From an uncultured Acidobacteriota bacterium (lineage in GTDB: Bacteria; Acidobacteriota; Vicinamibacteria; Fen-336): a stretch of DNA of 64,000 nt. The stretch is taken from NCBI GenBank assembly GCA_963720545.1, contig OY970399.1:2816001-2880000 (forward strand), in the 5' to 3' direction. The notes beneath the pieces are model-generated. The model was not told the origin of the DNA. It ran no database searches and saw only the letters and a program-made list of their open reading frames with translations. Position 1 is the stretch's first letter. Every line of letters starts with the position of its first letter. The position numbers and the translations under genes are program-made. Of this stretch, positions 10,028-20,879 are shown piece by piece.

Positions 10028-10786
10028 TTACCGGATGCCGGCCCGCTGCAGGTCGCGCAGTTTCGCGATCTTGAGGAAGGAATAGAAGCTGTTGAGCCGC
10101 GAGATCGTGAAGCCGGCGGCGCCGAGCAGGAAGCCGCGGTGCAGCACGAAGTTGCGGAAGAAGGTCCATGCCGGGATGAATGCCAGCTGCCAGGCGGGCG
10201 CATGGCGCCCGTTTTGCTGCGCCTGGCGGGCCCACAGGTCGGTGTAGGTGTTCATCTTCGCCAGGTGGTGCGCGATGTCGCGGTAGGGATGGTGCTCGAT
10301 CTCGCCGCGCAGCGTCGCGACGCTGCCCTGCACCGTCACCGATTCGTGCACTGCGCCGCCGCCCCAGGTGCCAGCGGTGCGGTCGAAGAGGCGCAGCTGC
10401 AGGTCGGGGTACCAGTCGGTGGCGCGTATCCATCGCCCGAGGTAGTGCGCTGCGCGCGGCATGCGGTAGCCGCTGTCGGTGAAGCCGCGCGAGCGCAGCG
10501 CCTCGAGCTCACGGCGCAGCACGTCGCTCACCACCTCGTCGGCGTCGAGGCAGAGAACCCAGTCGTTGCTGGCCGCGGACACCGCGAAGTTGCGCTGCGC
10601 GGCGAAGCCTGGCCAGGGAGTGTTGACCAGCACGCGGGCGCCGGATTTTTCCGCAAGGTCGCGGGTGCCGTCCTCGGAGCCTGCGTCCACCACCAGCACT
10701 TCGTCGCAGAAAGCGAGGCTTTGGAGCGCGGCGCCCAGTCTCTTCTCCTCGTCCAGGGTGATGAGTACCGCGGAAACCTTCGGCAT
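10028..10786 (-). CDS. GT2 family glycosyltransferase (KdtX/WaaE-like)
   Basis: VSAVLITLDEE, VVDAGSEDGT, QRNFA, LDADE, WYPD and VHE motifs. Confidence 0.92.
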   Translation of the reverse strand: MPKVSAVLITLDEEKRLGAALQSLAFCDEVLVVDAGSEDGTRDLAEKSGARVLVNTPWPGFAAQRNFAVSAASNDWVLCLDADEVVSDVLRRELEALRSRGFTDSGYRMPRAAHYLGRWIRATDWYPDLQLRLFDRTAGTWGGGAVHESVTVQGSVATLRGEIEHHPYRDIAHHLAKMNTYTDLWARQAQQNGRHAPAWQLAFIPAWTFFRNFVLHRGFLLGAAGFTISRLNSFYSFLKIAKLRDLQRAGIR

Positions 10787-10796
10787 CGAGCACCGC

Positions 10797-10804
10797 AGTA
10801 TAGT
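10797..10804. promoter_or_regulatory. Overlapping bidirectional -10 elements (TATAGT on +, TATACT on -)
   Basis: Only 25 nt separate the divergent ATGs at 10786 and 10812. TATAGT (10799-10804) is 7 nt before the pyrE ATG, and minus-strand TATACT (10802-10797) is 10 nt before the GT2 ATG. Confidence 0.55.
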
Positions 10805-10811
10805 CTTTGGC

Positions 10812-11414
10812 ATGTCCGCAGACCTGCTGGCCCTGTGGAAGGACGCGGGCGCCCTGCTCGACGGCCACTTCCTGCTCTCCTCCGGCCTGCACTCGCCGCG
10901 CTACCTGCAATGCGCCCGGGTGCTGATGGATCCGCCGACGGCCACCCGCCTCGGCACCGAGCTTGGGGCTGCGCTGGCCGCCGCGGTGGCGCCGCGCCGC
11001 GCCACGGCGGTGGTGTCGCCGGCGCTCGGCGGCGTCATCGTGGGCCATGAAGTGGCGCGCGCGCTGGGCGTGCCGGCGCTCTTCACCGAGCGCCAGGACG
11101 GCCGCATGCTGCTGCGGCGCGGCTTTTCGCTCGGCCCGGACGACGCGGTGGTGGTCGTCGAGGACGTGATCACCACCGGCAAGTCCACGCGCGAAGTGCT
11201 CGACGTGGTGAAGGCCGCAGGCGCGTCGGTCATCGCGGTCGGCAGCCTCGTCGACCGCTCCGGCGGCAGCGGGGTCGACTTCGGCGTGCCGCGGCGCAGC
11301 CTGTTTGCACTCGACGTTCCGGCCTGGGAGCCGGCGTCGTGCCCGTTGTGCCGCGACGGCTCGCTGCCGGAAAAGCCGGGCTCGCGCAGCGCCGCTGCCG
11401 CGACCTCCGCCTGA
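10812..11414 (+). CDS. pyrE: Orotate phosphoribosyltransferase
   Basis: GHFLLSSGLHS..YLQCA, PRPP loop VVEDVITTGKS, C-terminal CPLC...KPGSR. Confidence 0.95.
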   Translation: MSADLLALWKDAGALLDGHFLLSSGLHSPRYLQCARVLMDPPTATRLGTELGAALAAAVAPRRATAVVSPALGGVIVGHEVARALGVPALFTERQDGRMLLRRGFSLGPDDAVVVVEDVITTGKSTREVLDVVKAAGASVIAVGSLVDRSGGSGVDFGVPRRSLFALDVPAWEPASCPLCRDGSLPEKPGSRSAAAATSA

Positions 11415-11431
11415 ACAGTCCCCGCATCGCC

Positions 11432-12205
11432 ATGCCCACGCGCGTCGCGCTGCGGCTCAGCTATGACGGCACCGACTTCAATGGCTGGCAGTCGCAGGCT
11501 CCGGGCAAGGCCAGGCGCACGGTGCAGGGCACCGTCGAGACAGCGCTCGCGCTCCTCTTCGACGTGGAGCGCGTGGCCGTGGTGGCTGCGGGGCGCACCG
11601 ATACCGGCGTGCACGCCCGCGCCCAGGTCGTTTCCGCCGCGCTGCCGCGCGCGATGGCGCTCGAGGAACTGGGCCGCGCCCTCAACGCAGTGCTGCCCCG
11701 CGACGTGCGCGTCACCGGCATCACCTCGGTGGGCGACGACTTCGACGCTCGCCGCGCTGCGTGCTCGAAGCTCTACCGCTACGTGCTCGACACCGCCCTC
11801 GTGCAGTCGCCGCTGCGCCGCCGCTACGCCGGCCACGCGCCGGGAGCGCTGAACCACGACGCGGTGTTCGCGGCAGCCGCGCTCTTTCTCGGCCGCCACG
11901 ACTTCGCCTCGCTGGCCTCCGCGGGCGGCTCGGTCCAGACCACCGTCAGGACCGTGACACGCTCCGAGGCCCGGTTCGAGGACGACGTGCTCATCTACGA
12001 AGTGGAGGCGAGCGGCTTCCTGCGCAAGATGGTGCGCAGCATGGTCGGCGGCCTGCTGGCCGCCGGCCGCGGTACCCACGACCGGGAGGCGCTGCAAGCC
12101 GCCCTGGAGGGCCGCGACCGGCGGCTTTGGCCCGCGCCGATAGCGGCGCGCGGGCTCACCCTGGAGCGCGTTTCCTACGAACCCCCGCTGGAATTCGGGT
12201 GGTAA
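11432..12205 (+). CDS. truA: tRNA pseudouridine(38-40) synthase
   Basis: YDGTDFNGWQ, TVQG, AGRTDTGVHA, G.HDF and FLRKMVR motifs. Confidence 0.95.
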   Translation: MPTRVALRLSYDGTDFNGWQSQAPGKARRTVQGTVETALALLFDVERVAVVAAGRTDTGVHARAQVVSAALPRAMALEELGRALNAVLPRDVRVTGITSVGDDFDARRAACSKLYRYVLDTALVQSPLRRRYAGHAPGALNHDAVFAAAALFLGRHDFASLASAGGSVQTTVRTVTRSEARFEDDVLIYEVEASGFLRKMVRSMVGGLLAAGRGTHDREALQAALEGRDRRLWPAPIAARGLTLERVSYEPPLEFGW

Positions 12206-12219
12206 CATCGAGCGCGCCC

Positions 12220-12995
<776 letters not shown>

Positions 12996-12999
<4 letters not shown>

Positions 13000-13802
13000 G
13001 CGACCTGCGCCGCCGCGTCGCCACCGCGGCGCTGACACTGCCGGCGCTCGCGGCCGCCATCTTCCTCGGACCGCCCTGGCTCGTGATGGTCGTGGCGTTT
13101 GGCTGCGGCCTCGTCGGTTACGCCGAGATCCTGACGCTCGCGGCACCTCTCGGCGCGTGGCGGCTGGCGCCAGCCGGCTTCACGCTGCTCGCCGCCGCCT
13201 TCCACGACATCGTGCGCCCCGATTCGGGGCTCATCCTGTGGCCCATCGGCCTGGTGCTGCTGCTCGCCTCGACGCTCGGCCTCGCCGGCGACCGCGAGCG
13301 AGCCATCCCGGCGGCTGCGGTCTGCGCGCTTGGCGCACTGTATGTCGGCGGGCTCACCGGCGCCATCGCCTACCTTCGGGTCGAAGCCCCGGCAGAGCAA
13401 GGCGCGTGGCGCATCCTGCTGCTGCTCGCAGCCTCGATGGGCGCAGACACGCTCGCATATTTCGGCGGGCGTTTTATCGGCCGCCGGCCGCTGGCGCCGC
13501 TGGTTTCGCCGGCCAAAACGTGGGAGGGCAGCGCCTTCAGCCTCGCGGGCGGCGCCCTGGGCGCGTGGCTCGTGGCCCGCTTCGGCATGCCTGGCGTCGA
13601 TCCACTGCACGCCTTCGTCCTCGGCCCGGCCATCGCCGCGGCGGGCACGGTGGGCGATCTGGTCGAGAGCCTGCTGAAGCGCTGGGCCGGGGCGAAGGAC
13701 AGCGGCACCTTGCTGCCCGGCCACGGCGGCATGCTCGACCGGCTCGACAGTTTGCTGTTCGGCGCAGCCGTCCTCTACTATTACTTCGTTTGGATCAATT
13801 AG
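12996..13802 (+). CDS. cdsA: Phosphatidate cytidylyltransferase
   Basis: DTLAYFGG, SPAKTWEG, GDLVESLLKR...KDSG.LLPGHGG.LDR.DS. Typical N-terminus (SDLRRRVATA) extends in frame to a CTG at 12996. First canonical start is 13083. Confidence 0.93.
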
Positions 13803-14989
13803 TTACAAGGGGCGGCAGCGCCAGGAAAGGGCTCGCCATCCTCGGATCCACGGGATCCATCGGCACCAGCACGCTCAGCGTCGTCGACTCGTTCCCCGAC
13901 CGGTTCGAGGTCGTGGCGCTGGCTGCCGGCAGCAACGTTGCCGCGCTGGCTGCGCAGGTCGCGCGCTATCGCCCGCGGGCGGTATCGGTTGCGACACACG
14001 AGGCGGCCGAGGCGCTCGGCAAGCTCGTCGACTTGTCGAGCGTGACTATCGACATCGGCGTCGGCACCGAGGGAATGATCGCGGTGGCGACGCACCCGTC
14101 AGTCTCGATGGTGGTGGCTGCAGCTGTCGGCGCGCTCGGCCTGGTGCCGACGTACCGGGCGCTGCAGGCCGGCAAGGACGTGGCGCTCGCCAACAAGGAA
14201 ACGCTGGTGATGGCGGGGGAGCTGATGGTCACCGCCGCCGCAAGGAGCGGCAGCCGCCTGCTGCCGATCGACTCCGAGCATTGCGCGCTGCACCAGTGCC
14301 TGGATGGCAAGCCGCAGGCCGAGGTCGCGCGCCTGCTTCTGACCGCCTCGGGCGGCCCGTTCCGCGAGCGCACGCGCGAGTCGCTGCAAGGCGTGACGCC
14401 GGCGGAGGCGCTGCGCCATCCCACCTGGACCATGGGCCGCAAGATCACCATCGACTCGGCGACGCTCATGAACAAGGGGCTCGAGGTGATCGAGGCGCGT
14501 TGGCTCTTCGGCATCGATGCCGACCGCATCGAGGTGGTGCTGCACCCGCAATCGGTCATCCACTCGATGGTCGAGTTCATCGACGGCACGGTGCTGGCGC
14601 AGCTGAGCGTCACCGACATGCGCGTGCCGATTCAGTACGCGCTCAGCCACCCGCAGCGCTGGCCGGGCGCGGTGCCGCGCATGGACTTCTCCCGCGCTCT
14701 GTCGCTGAGCTTCGCGCCGCCCGACCGCGATCTCTTCCCGTGCCTCGACCTCGCCTATCGCGCGCTGCGCGCCGGCGGCACGCTGCCTGCGGTGCTCAAT
14801 GCCGCGAACGAAGCCGCGGTGGCGGCGTTCCTCGACGCGCGGCTGCCGTTCCTCGAGATCGCACCCACCGTGGCCGCGGCCATGGACGAGCACGCGAACG
14901 TGCAGAACCCGGGCCTGGACGACATCCTCGCCGCCGATGCCTGGGCGCGCCAGCACGCCGCGGGCCGTATGGCGATCGCCCACCGCTGA
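13790..14989 (+). CDS. dxr: 1-deoxy-D-xylulose-5-phosphate reductoisomerase
   Basis: ILGSTGSIG, LANKE, PIDSEH, TASGGPF and HPTWTMGRKITIDSATLMNKGLE motifs. TTG start inferred. Confidence 0.96.
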   Translation: MDQLVTRGGSARKGLAILGSTGSIGTSTLSVVDSFPDRFEVVALAAGSNVAALAAQVARYRPRAVSVATHEAAEALGKLVDLSSVTIDIGVGTEGMIAVATHPSVSMVVAAAVGALGLVPTYRALQAGKDVALANKETLVMAGELMVTAAARSGSRLLPIDSEHCALHQCLDGKPQAEVARLLLTASGGPFRERTRESLQGVTPAEALRHPTWTMGRKITIDSATLMNKGLEVIEARWLFGIDADRIEVVLHPQSVIHSMVEFIDGTVLAQLSVTDMRVPIQYALSHPQRWPGAVPRMDFSRALSLSFAPPDRDLFPCLDLAYRALRAGGTLPAVLNAANEAAVAAFLDARLPFLEIAPTVAAAMDEHANVQNPGLDDILAADAWARQHAAGRMAIAHR

Positions 14990-15026
14990 CGTATTCTGGG
15001 AACCAGGTAAGGATCATCGCCACTCC

Positions 15027-16358
15027 ATGAGCTATCTCTTCAGCGTCCTCGGACTCGTCCTCATCCTCGGCATCATCATCTTCGTCCACGAGATGGGCCA
15101 CCTGCTCGCCGCCAAGGCCTTTGGCATGCGGGTGTTCGTGTTCTCGTTCGGCATGGGCAAGAGGCTCGCGGGCTTCAAGTGGGGCGACACCGATTGCCGG
15201 CTGTCGGCGCTGCCGATCGGCGGCTACGTCAAGCTCGAAGGCGAGCCGGACGACGTGGTCAGCGAGATGGCAGCGCCGACCGCGGTGGACACCTCGAGCC
15301 CGCACTACTTCCTCAACCGGCCGCGCTGGCAGCGCTTCCTCGTCTATCTGGCCGGCCCGGCGATGAACCTGCTGCTCACGTTCGCGATGTTCACGGCACT
15401 CTTCACCATCGGCTTCGGCGTCGATGCGACGTTCAGCGACACGCCGGTCATCGGCGCGGTTGCCGCCGGCTCAGTCGCCGACGCGGCCGGCCTCGAGCCG
15501 GGCGACACCATCACGGCCATTGACGGCAAGCCCCAGCCCAACTGGGAGAGTGCGCTTTACAACCTGCTGCTGCGGCCGGGTGCCGACCTGCGCCTCTCGG
15601 TGCAACGCGCCGACAGCGGCGAGCGACAGGAGGTGGTGCTGCGGCCGGGCACCGATGCCACGACGCGCACCGGCGTCACCGGAATTTCGCCGCTCGTGCG
15701 CCTCGGCCAGATCCTGCCGGACATGCCCGCCGAAGCCACCGGCTTCAGGAGCAACGACGGCGTGCTGGCGATCGCGGGGACCCCGATCGGCTCCTTCTCC
15801 GACATGGTGGCGGCGCTCGGCAAGGCGCCTGCCGGGCCACTCGAGTTCCGCGTCTATCGCGACGGGCGCATCATGACGCTCACGCCGACGCCGCGCGGCG
15901 GCAAGATCGGCGTCGCCCCGAAAATGGCCTTGCACAAGTACGGACCGGCGGGCGCCGTCTCCGCCGCGGTGCGCGAGACCTGGACGCAGACGAAAGGCGT
16001 GTTGAACCTGTTGAGAGGCCTGCTGAGCGGCCAGATGTCGTTGCGTGCGAGCCTCGCCGGACCGGTGGGCATCGCGCGCGCTTCCGGCGACGCGCTGCAG
16101 CAAGGCGCCGTGCCCACGCTCAGCATGCTCGCCATGCTGAGCATCAGCGTCGGCATACTCAACCTGTTCCCGCTGGCGCCGCTCGACGGCGGGCACCTCG
16201 CGATACTCGCGGCCGAGAGCGTAATGCGGCGCGACATCAGCCTGCGCATCAAGACCTACCTGATGAACGCCGGCGCGCTGGTGGTGCTGCTGTTGGTGGT
16301 GGTGACGCTCTATTCGGACCTGAGCAAGACCAGCCTGCTGGGGAAGTACCTGCCCTAG
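15027..16358 (+). CDS. rseP: RIP (site-2) metalloprotease with PDZ domains
   Basis: HEMGH, LPIGGYVK, AGPAMN and NLFPLAPLDGG motifs. uppS-cdsA-dxr-rseP synteny. Confidence 0.95.
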   Translation: MSYLFSVLGLVLILGIIIFVHEMGHLLAAKAFGMRVFVFSFGMGKRLAGFKWGDTDCRLSALPIGGYVKLEGEPDDVVSEMAAPTAVDTSSPHYFLNRPRWQRFLVYLAGPAMNLLLTFAMFTALFTIGFGVDATFSDTPVIGAVAAGSVADAAGLEPGDTITAIDGKPQPNWESALYNLLLRPGADLRLSVQRADSGERQEVVLRPGTDATTRTGVTGISPLVRLGQILPDMPAEATGFRSNDGVLAIAGTPIGSFSDMVAALGKAPAGPLEFRVYRDGRIMTLTPTPRGGKIGVAPKMALHKYGPAGAVSAAVRETWTQTKGVLNLLRGLLSGQMSLRASLAGPVGIARASGDALQQGAVPTLSMLAMLSISVGILNLFPLAPLDGGHLAILAAESVMRRDISLRIKTYLMNAGALVVLLLVVVTLYSDLSKTSLLGKYLP

Positions 16359-18544
16359 ATCTGCCAGGCGTACGACAGCTTCAGGAACAGCTGGCGGTCG
16401 GCGCGCAGCAGGCCGCCGGTTTCGAGGATGGCGCGGTTGTCGCCGTAGCCGAGGAACACAGCGGTCTGCCAGTTGAGCCGGTAGCTGAGGAGCGCCGAGC
16501 CCTGGAACTCGCCCGAGCGCGACGGTACCTCGAATCGATAGAGCGACGGATCGGCGTCGGTCTTCACGTACTGGCCGATGAGCCGCAGGAACAGCCGCGT
16601 GTTGAAGTTCCATGTGGCCTTCAGGCGCTGCACCTGCGCCGTGAACAGGCGGCCGCTGCCAAGCTCCGGGTCGTCCACGTCGAGCCAGTCAATCGCGCTG
16701 TTCGCCTCGAACGTGACGTGGCTCGTGGGCCTGACGATCGCCTGCACCAGCACCCGGCCGCCGGTGCCGGCGCGCGTGTTGTCGAAGTCGATCTGTTCGC
16801 CCAAGTATCCCTGCACGCCGATGCGCGAGAAGCGCCGCGACGGGTCGAACTGCAGGAAGTAAACCACCTGCTTGCGCGGCAGCACCACGCCGCTGGTGCG
16901 GACCTTCTCGAAGTTGACGTCGATCTCGCCGGTGAGGTTCTTGCGGCCCTGGAACTGCACCGCCGGGCCGAAGCGCTCGCTGACGATCCCGCCGTCGCGG
17001 TCCCAGTAGAGGTCGGCGAGCACGAACGGGCGGACGTTGTTGAAGAGTCCGCTGCGCGGAAAGATCGAGTAGCCGATCTCGGTGTCGGAGCGGCGCACCC
17101 CCACCTGCGGTACGAAGCCTTCGTCGGCGCGGAACTCCTCGGACAGGTCCTGGTAGCGCGTGCGGAAGTCCCAGGTGGTGGAGCGATGGTTCCACGCGGC
17201 CGTCAGCGCATGGCCGCGCAGCGTGCGTCCATCCCAGGTCTCCTCGAGGTCCGGCCTGCCTGGCGTTTTCGTGTCGGCGAACAGGCCCTGGAAGGTGAAC
17301 GAGTCGCGGCCGCTCGGTCGGTAGAGGATGTCGGGCCCGGCGACACGGTTGTGGCCGCCGCCGTCCACCTCACGCGCCGTCAGCAGCGCACCGATGAAGG
17401 ACGCGCCCATCTCGTAGCGCACGCGCGCGATGCCCACGGTCGACTTGAAGTCCTGCGCCACGAAGCGCGAGCCCTCCGCGCCGGGCACCACCACCAGCCC
17501 GCCGCCCTCGTCCTTGGTCACGAGCACGGTGTAAGCGGCGTTGCCGAACTTGCCGGTGGCGCGCGCCCCCCATTGCGGCGAGGTGATGGTGCGCGTGTAG
17601 AGCGCCGGGATCGGGGTCTCGAACAGGTCCACCCCCTCGAGGAAGAACGGCCGCTTCTCGGGGAACAGCAGCGCGAAGCGCTGGTTGGTGGCGATCTGCG
17701 CGACGTCGGCCTCGACCTGGCTGAAGTCGGGGTTGATGGCGCCGTCGAGCGTGGTGTTGGGGCCGGCGTTCCACTTGAAGTCGAGACCCGCGTCGGCGTC
17801 CGTTCCCTGGCTGTGCAGCGGCGTGCCCGGCGGGGTCGCGACCGCCAGGTTCTGCGCGGTGGCGAACGGCGCCAGCACGAAGTGGTTCGACGACGGCAGC
17901 GCCGCGAGGCCGCCGATTTCCTGCGAGTGGCAGATGAGGCAGTTGCTGCCGCGCGGCAGCGGCTGGGAGAAGATCGCGTAGCGGAAGGCGCGCGGATAGT
18001 TGCGCCAGATGAGCAGGCCCCAGCTCTGCGGGTCGGTGCCCGCGGCGTAGCGCAGCGACGAGAGCGGGATGCGCAGCTCGGTCTCCCAGCCGGCGGCCGT
18101 GATGCGCGAGGCGGTGTCGTAGAAGAAGTCGGGCGAGAAATCTTCGGTGCTGGTGGCATCGTTGAAGATCCCATCGCCCTGGATGCCGCGCGGGTTGACG
18201 CGGAACTCCTGCGCCGAGCGCCGGTCGTTGCGCGGGTCGATGAACACCGCGATGTTGTCGTCGGTGCCCACCACCTGGTCGCGGTCGGCGAACGGAGCGC
18301 GGATCTGCCCGGGCTCCGGATCGTCACAGCGCACGCCGACGTAGAAGTAGCGACTGTCGTACATGACATACGCGACGGTGCGCACCGTCGGCGGGCGATT
18401 GTCGCCGAACGCCGTCTCCACGAAGCTGTCGATCACCGCGGCCTCGGACCAGGCGGGTTCGTCCAGGTTGCCGTCAACGGTGATGGCGGCGTCGGTGCGG
18501 GAGACGGTGAGGGCGGCTGCGGCGAGTATCGCTAGTGCTGCCAC
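16355..18544 (-). CDS. DUF5916-type outer-membrane protein with N-terminal CBM9/DOMON-like domain (paralogue 2)
   Basis: ITVDGNLDEPAW, W..ELRIPLSSLRY, INPDFSQVEAD, FPEKRPFFLEG, and a C-terminal alternating beta-strand LFLKLSYAW. Confidence 0.82.
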   Translation of the reverse strand: MAALAILAAAALTVSRTDAAITVDGNLDEPAWSEAAVIDSFVETAFGDNRPPTVRTVAYVMYDSRYFYVGVRCDDPEPGQIRAPFADRDQVVGTDDNIAVFIDPRNDRRSAQEFRVNPRGIQGDGIFNDATSTEDFSPDFFYDTASRITAAGWETELRIPLSSLRYAAGTDPQSWGLLIWRNYPRAFRYAIFSQPLPRGSNCLICHSQEIGGLAALPSSNHFVLAPFATAQNLAVATPPGTPLHSQGTDADAGLDFKWNAGPNTTLDGAINPDFSQVEADVAQIATNQRFALLFPEKRPFFLEGVDLFETPIPALYTRTITSPQWGARATGKFGNAAYTVLVTKDEGGGLVVVPGAEGSRFVAQDFKSTVGIARVRYEMGASFIGALLTAREVDGGGHNRVAGPDILYRPSGRDSFTFQGLFADTKTPGRPDLEETWDGRTLRGHALTAAWNHRSTTWDFRTRYQDLSEEFRADEGFVPQVGVRRSDTEIGYSIFPRSGLFNNVRPFVLADLYWDRDGGIVSERFGPAVQFQGRKNLTGEIDVNFEKVRTSGVVLPRKQVVYFLQFDPSRRFSRIGVQGYLGEQIDFDNTRAGTGGRVLVQAIVRPTSHVTFEANSAIDWLDVDDPELGSGRLFTAQVQRLKATWNFNTRLFLRLIGQYVKTDADPSLYRFEVPSRSGEFQGSALLSYRLNWQTAVFLGYGDNRAILETGGLLRADRQLFLKLSYAWQI

Positions 18545-20787
18545 GCGTAGGACATCTTAACGAACAGCTGCCGATCCACCTTGTCCAGGCGATTGGACTG
18601 GTCGAGCGCGCGATTGTCGCCGTAGCCGAGGAACAGCGCGCTCTGCCAATTGAGGCGGTAGCCGACGAGCACCGAGCCCTGGAAGTCACCTTCGCGGCGG
18701 CGCACCTCGGAGATGTAGAGCAGCGGATCGCGATGCGTGTCCACCCACTGGCCGATGGCGCGCACGAACAGGCGGCGGTCGAAGTTCCACGTGGCCTTGA
18801 GCCGCTGCACCTGCGCGGTGAACAGCCGGCCGCTGCCGAGCAGCGGATCGTCCACGTTCAGCCATTCGCGCGAGCTGACGAGCTCGAGGCTCAGGTGGAT
18901 CGTGGGCCGGATGCGGGCGGTGATGTTGGCCGCGCCGCCGCGGCCCTGGCGGGTGTTCTCGAAGTCGACCTGCTGGCCGAAGTAGCCCTGCGCGCTGATG
19001 CGCGGCAGCCGCCGCGACGGGTCCACCTGCACCAGGTAGGTCACCTGGTTGACGTCGAACAGCACGCCGCCGGTGCGCACCTTGTCGAAGGCGCCGCCGA
19101 CGTTGATGTAGGAATTCTTCTTGCCGAAGCCGACGAAGTTGCCGGCGAGATGCTGGTTGATGGTGGCGCCTTCGCGGTCGCGGGTCAGCTCGCCGATGAG
19201 TTGCGGGTTCAGCAAGCTGAAGAACGACTTCGTCTTGTAGATGGTGCCGCCGAATGCGAGGAACGCCTGGCGGTAGCCCACCTGCGGCACGAAGCCGTTG
19301 TCGGCGCGGAAACCGTCGCCGAAGTCGTTGTAGCGCGCGGTCACGCCGTAGCTGCGCGCGGTGCGGTCCCATTGCACCGTGAGCGCGTGCGAGCGCAGCT
19401 TGCGTCCGTCCCATTCGTCGGCGAGCTGCGGGCGCACCGGCGTCTCGGTGTTGCTGTAGAGAAACTGGCCGCCCACCTGGTCGCCGCCGTGACGCCACTG
19501 AAAGTCGGGGCCGGCGACCACGTTGTGCCCGCCGCCGTCCACCGCGCGGCCGGTGGCGAGGAAGCCGACGAACGAGGCGCCGAGGTCGGTGCGCACCCGC
19601 GCCACGCCGACCTTGGAGCGGAAGTCCTGCGCCGCGAACTCGGAGCCGGTGGGACCGGGCAGGATCACGAGGCCGCCGCCGCGGTCTTCCGCGCCGAACA
19701 CCGTGTAGCTGGTCGAACCCGCCTTGCCGGTGGCGCGCCCGCCCCATTGCGGCGAGGTCAGGGTGCGCGTGTAGACCGCCTGGATCGGCGTGTCGAAGAG
19801 GTCGAAGCCCTCGAGGAAGAACGGCCGCTTCTCCGGGAAGAAGAGCGCAAAGCGGTTGTTGACCGCGATCTGCGCGACGTCGGCCTCGACTTGCGAGAAG
19901 TCGGGCCGGATGGTCGCGTCGAGAGCCAGGTTGCTGCCGAAGTTGAACTTCACGTCGAGACCCGCGTCGGCGTCGCCGCGCGTCGGCCCCAGCGGCGCGC
20001 CCGGCTCCGGTGCCGTCGCGATGCCCTGCACCGCGACGTAGGGCGCAATCACGATGTGGTTCGACGACGGCAGGTTGCTGATGCTGCCGAGCACGCTCGA
20101 GTGGCAGACGATGCAGTTGTAATCGCGCGGGATCGGGCTGCTGAAGATCGAATAGCGCCGGTCGCGCGGGTAGTTGCGGCGCAGCAGGATGCCCCAGCCC
20201 TGCGAGTCGCCCTTGCCGTAGCGCAGCGACGAAAGCGGAATGCGCAGCTCCGCCTCCCAGCCCTGCGCAGAGATCTTCGCGGCGCTGTCGAAGTAGAAGT
20301 CGGGCGAAAGGTTCTCCAGACCGGTGGCGTCGTTGAAGATGGCGTCTGCCTGCACCCCGCGCGGCGTGACGCGGAACAGCTGCGCGGTGCGCCGGTCGTT
20401 GCGCGCGTCGATCATCACCGTGACGTAGTCGTCGGCGGTCGAGACGGTGTCGCGGTCGGTGAACGGCGCGCGGATCTTGCCGGGGTCCGGGTCGGCGCAG
20501 CGAAAGCCGACGTAGATGTACTTGTCGTCGTAGAGCAGGTAGCCGAGCGTATCGACCATCGGCTTGCGGTTGTCGCCGAAAGCCGTCTCGTAGAACGTGT
20601 CCACCAGGGTGGCGGCGCCCCAGACGCTGTCGTCGAGCGAGCCGTCGATCACCGGGCTTTGCGACGCGCGCGCCAGGCTGAGCGCTGCGGGACTGGGCAG
20701 GGGAGTTGGAGCGGGAGCCGGTGCCGGCGCCTGGCCGGGCGCAGGTGCAGCAATAACGAACCCGAGAATGTAGGCGAGGGTATTCAC
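18532..20787 (-). CDS. DUF5916-type outer-membrane protein with N-terminal CBM9/DOMON-like domain (paralogue 1)
   Basis: PVIDGSLDDSVW, IRPDFSQVEAD, FPEKRPFFLEG, LFVKMSYAW. Colinear with the neighbouring paralogue. GTG start inferred. Confidence 0.82.
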   Translation of the reverse strand: MNTLAYILGFVIAAPAPGQAPAPAPAPTPLPSPAALSLARASQSPVIDGSLDDSVWGAATLVDTFYETAFGDNRKPMVDTLGYLLYDDKYIYVGFRCADPDPGKIRAPFTDRDTVSTADDYVTVMIDARNDRRTAQLFRVTPRGVQADAIFNDATGLENLSPDFYFDSAAKISAQGWEAELRIPLSSLRYGKGDSQGWGILLRRNYPRDRRYSIFSSPIPRDYNCIVCHSSVLGSISNLPSSNHIVIAPYVAVQGIATAPEPGAPLGPTRGDADAGLDVKFNFGSNLALDATIRPDFSQVEADVAQIAVNNRFALFFPEKRPFFLEGFDLFDTPIQAVYTRTLTSPQWGGRATGKAGSTSYTVFGAEDRGGGLVILPGPTGSEFAAQDFRSKVGVARVRTDLGASFVGFLATGRAVDGGGHNVVAGPDFQWRHGGDQVGGQFLYSNTETPVRPQLADEWDGRKLRSHALTVQWDRTARSYGVTARYNDFGDGFRADNGFVPQVGYRQAFLAFGGTIYKTKSFFSLLNPQLIGELTRDREGATINQHLAGNFVGFGKKNSYINVGGAFDKVRTGGVLFDVNQVTYLVQVDPSRRLPRISAQGYFGQQVDFENTRQGRGGAANITARIRPTIHLSLELVSSREWLNVDDPLLGSGRLFTAQVQRLKATWNFDRRLFVRAIGQWVDTHRDPLLYISEVRRREGDFQGSVLVGYRLNWQSALFLGYGDNRALDQSNRLDKVDRQLFVKMSYAWQH

Positions 20788-20879
20788 TTTGCGGGTTGGA
20801 GGGCCCCGAAGACGAGGGGAGTGTCGCAGAGGACCCTGCATAATGTAAAGCCGCAATGATTCTGTAACATGCAGATTCG

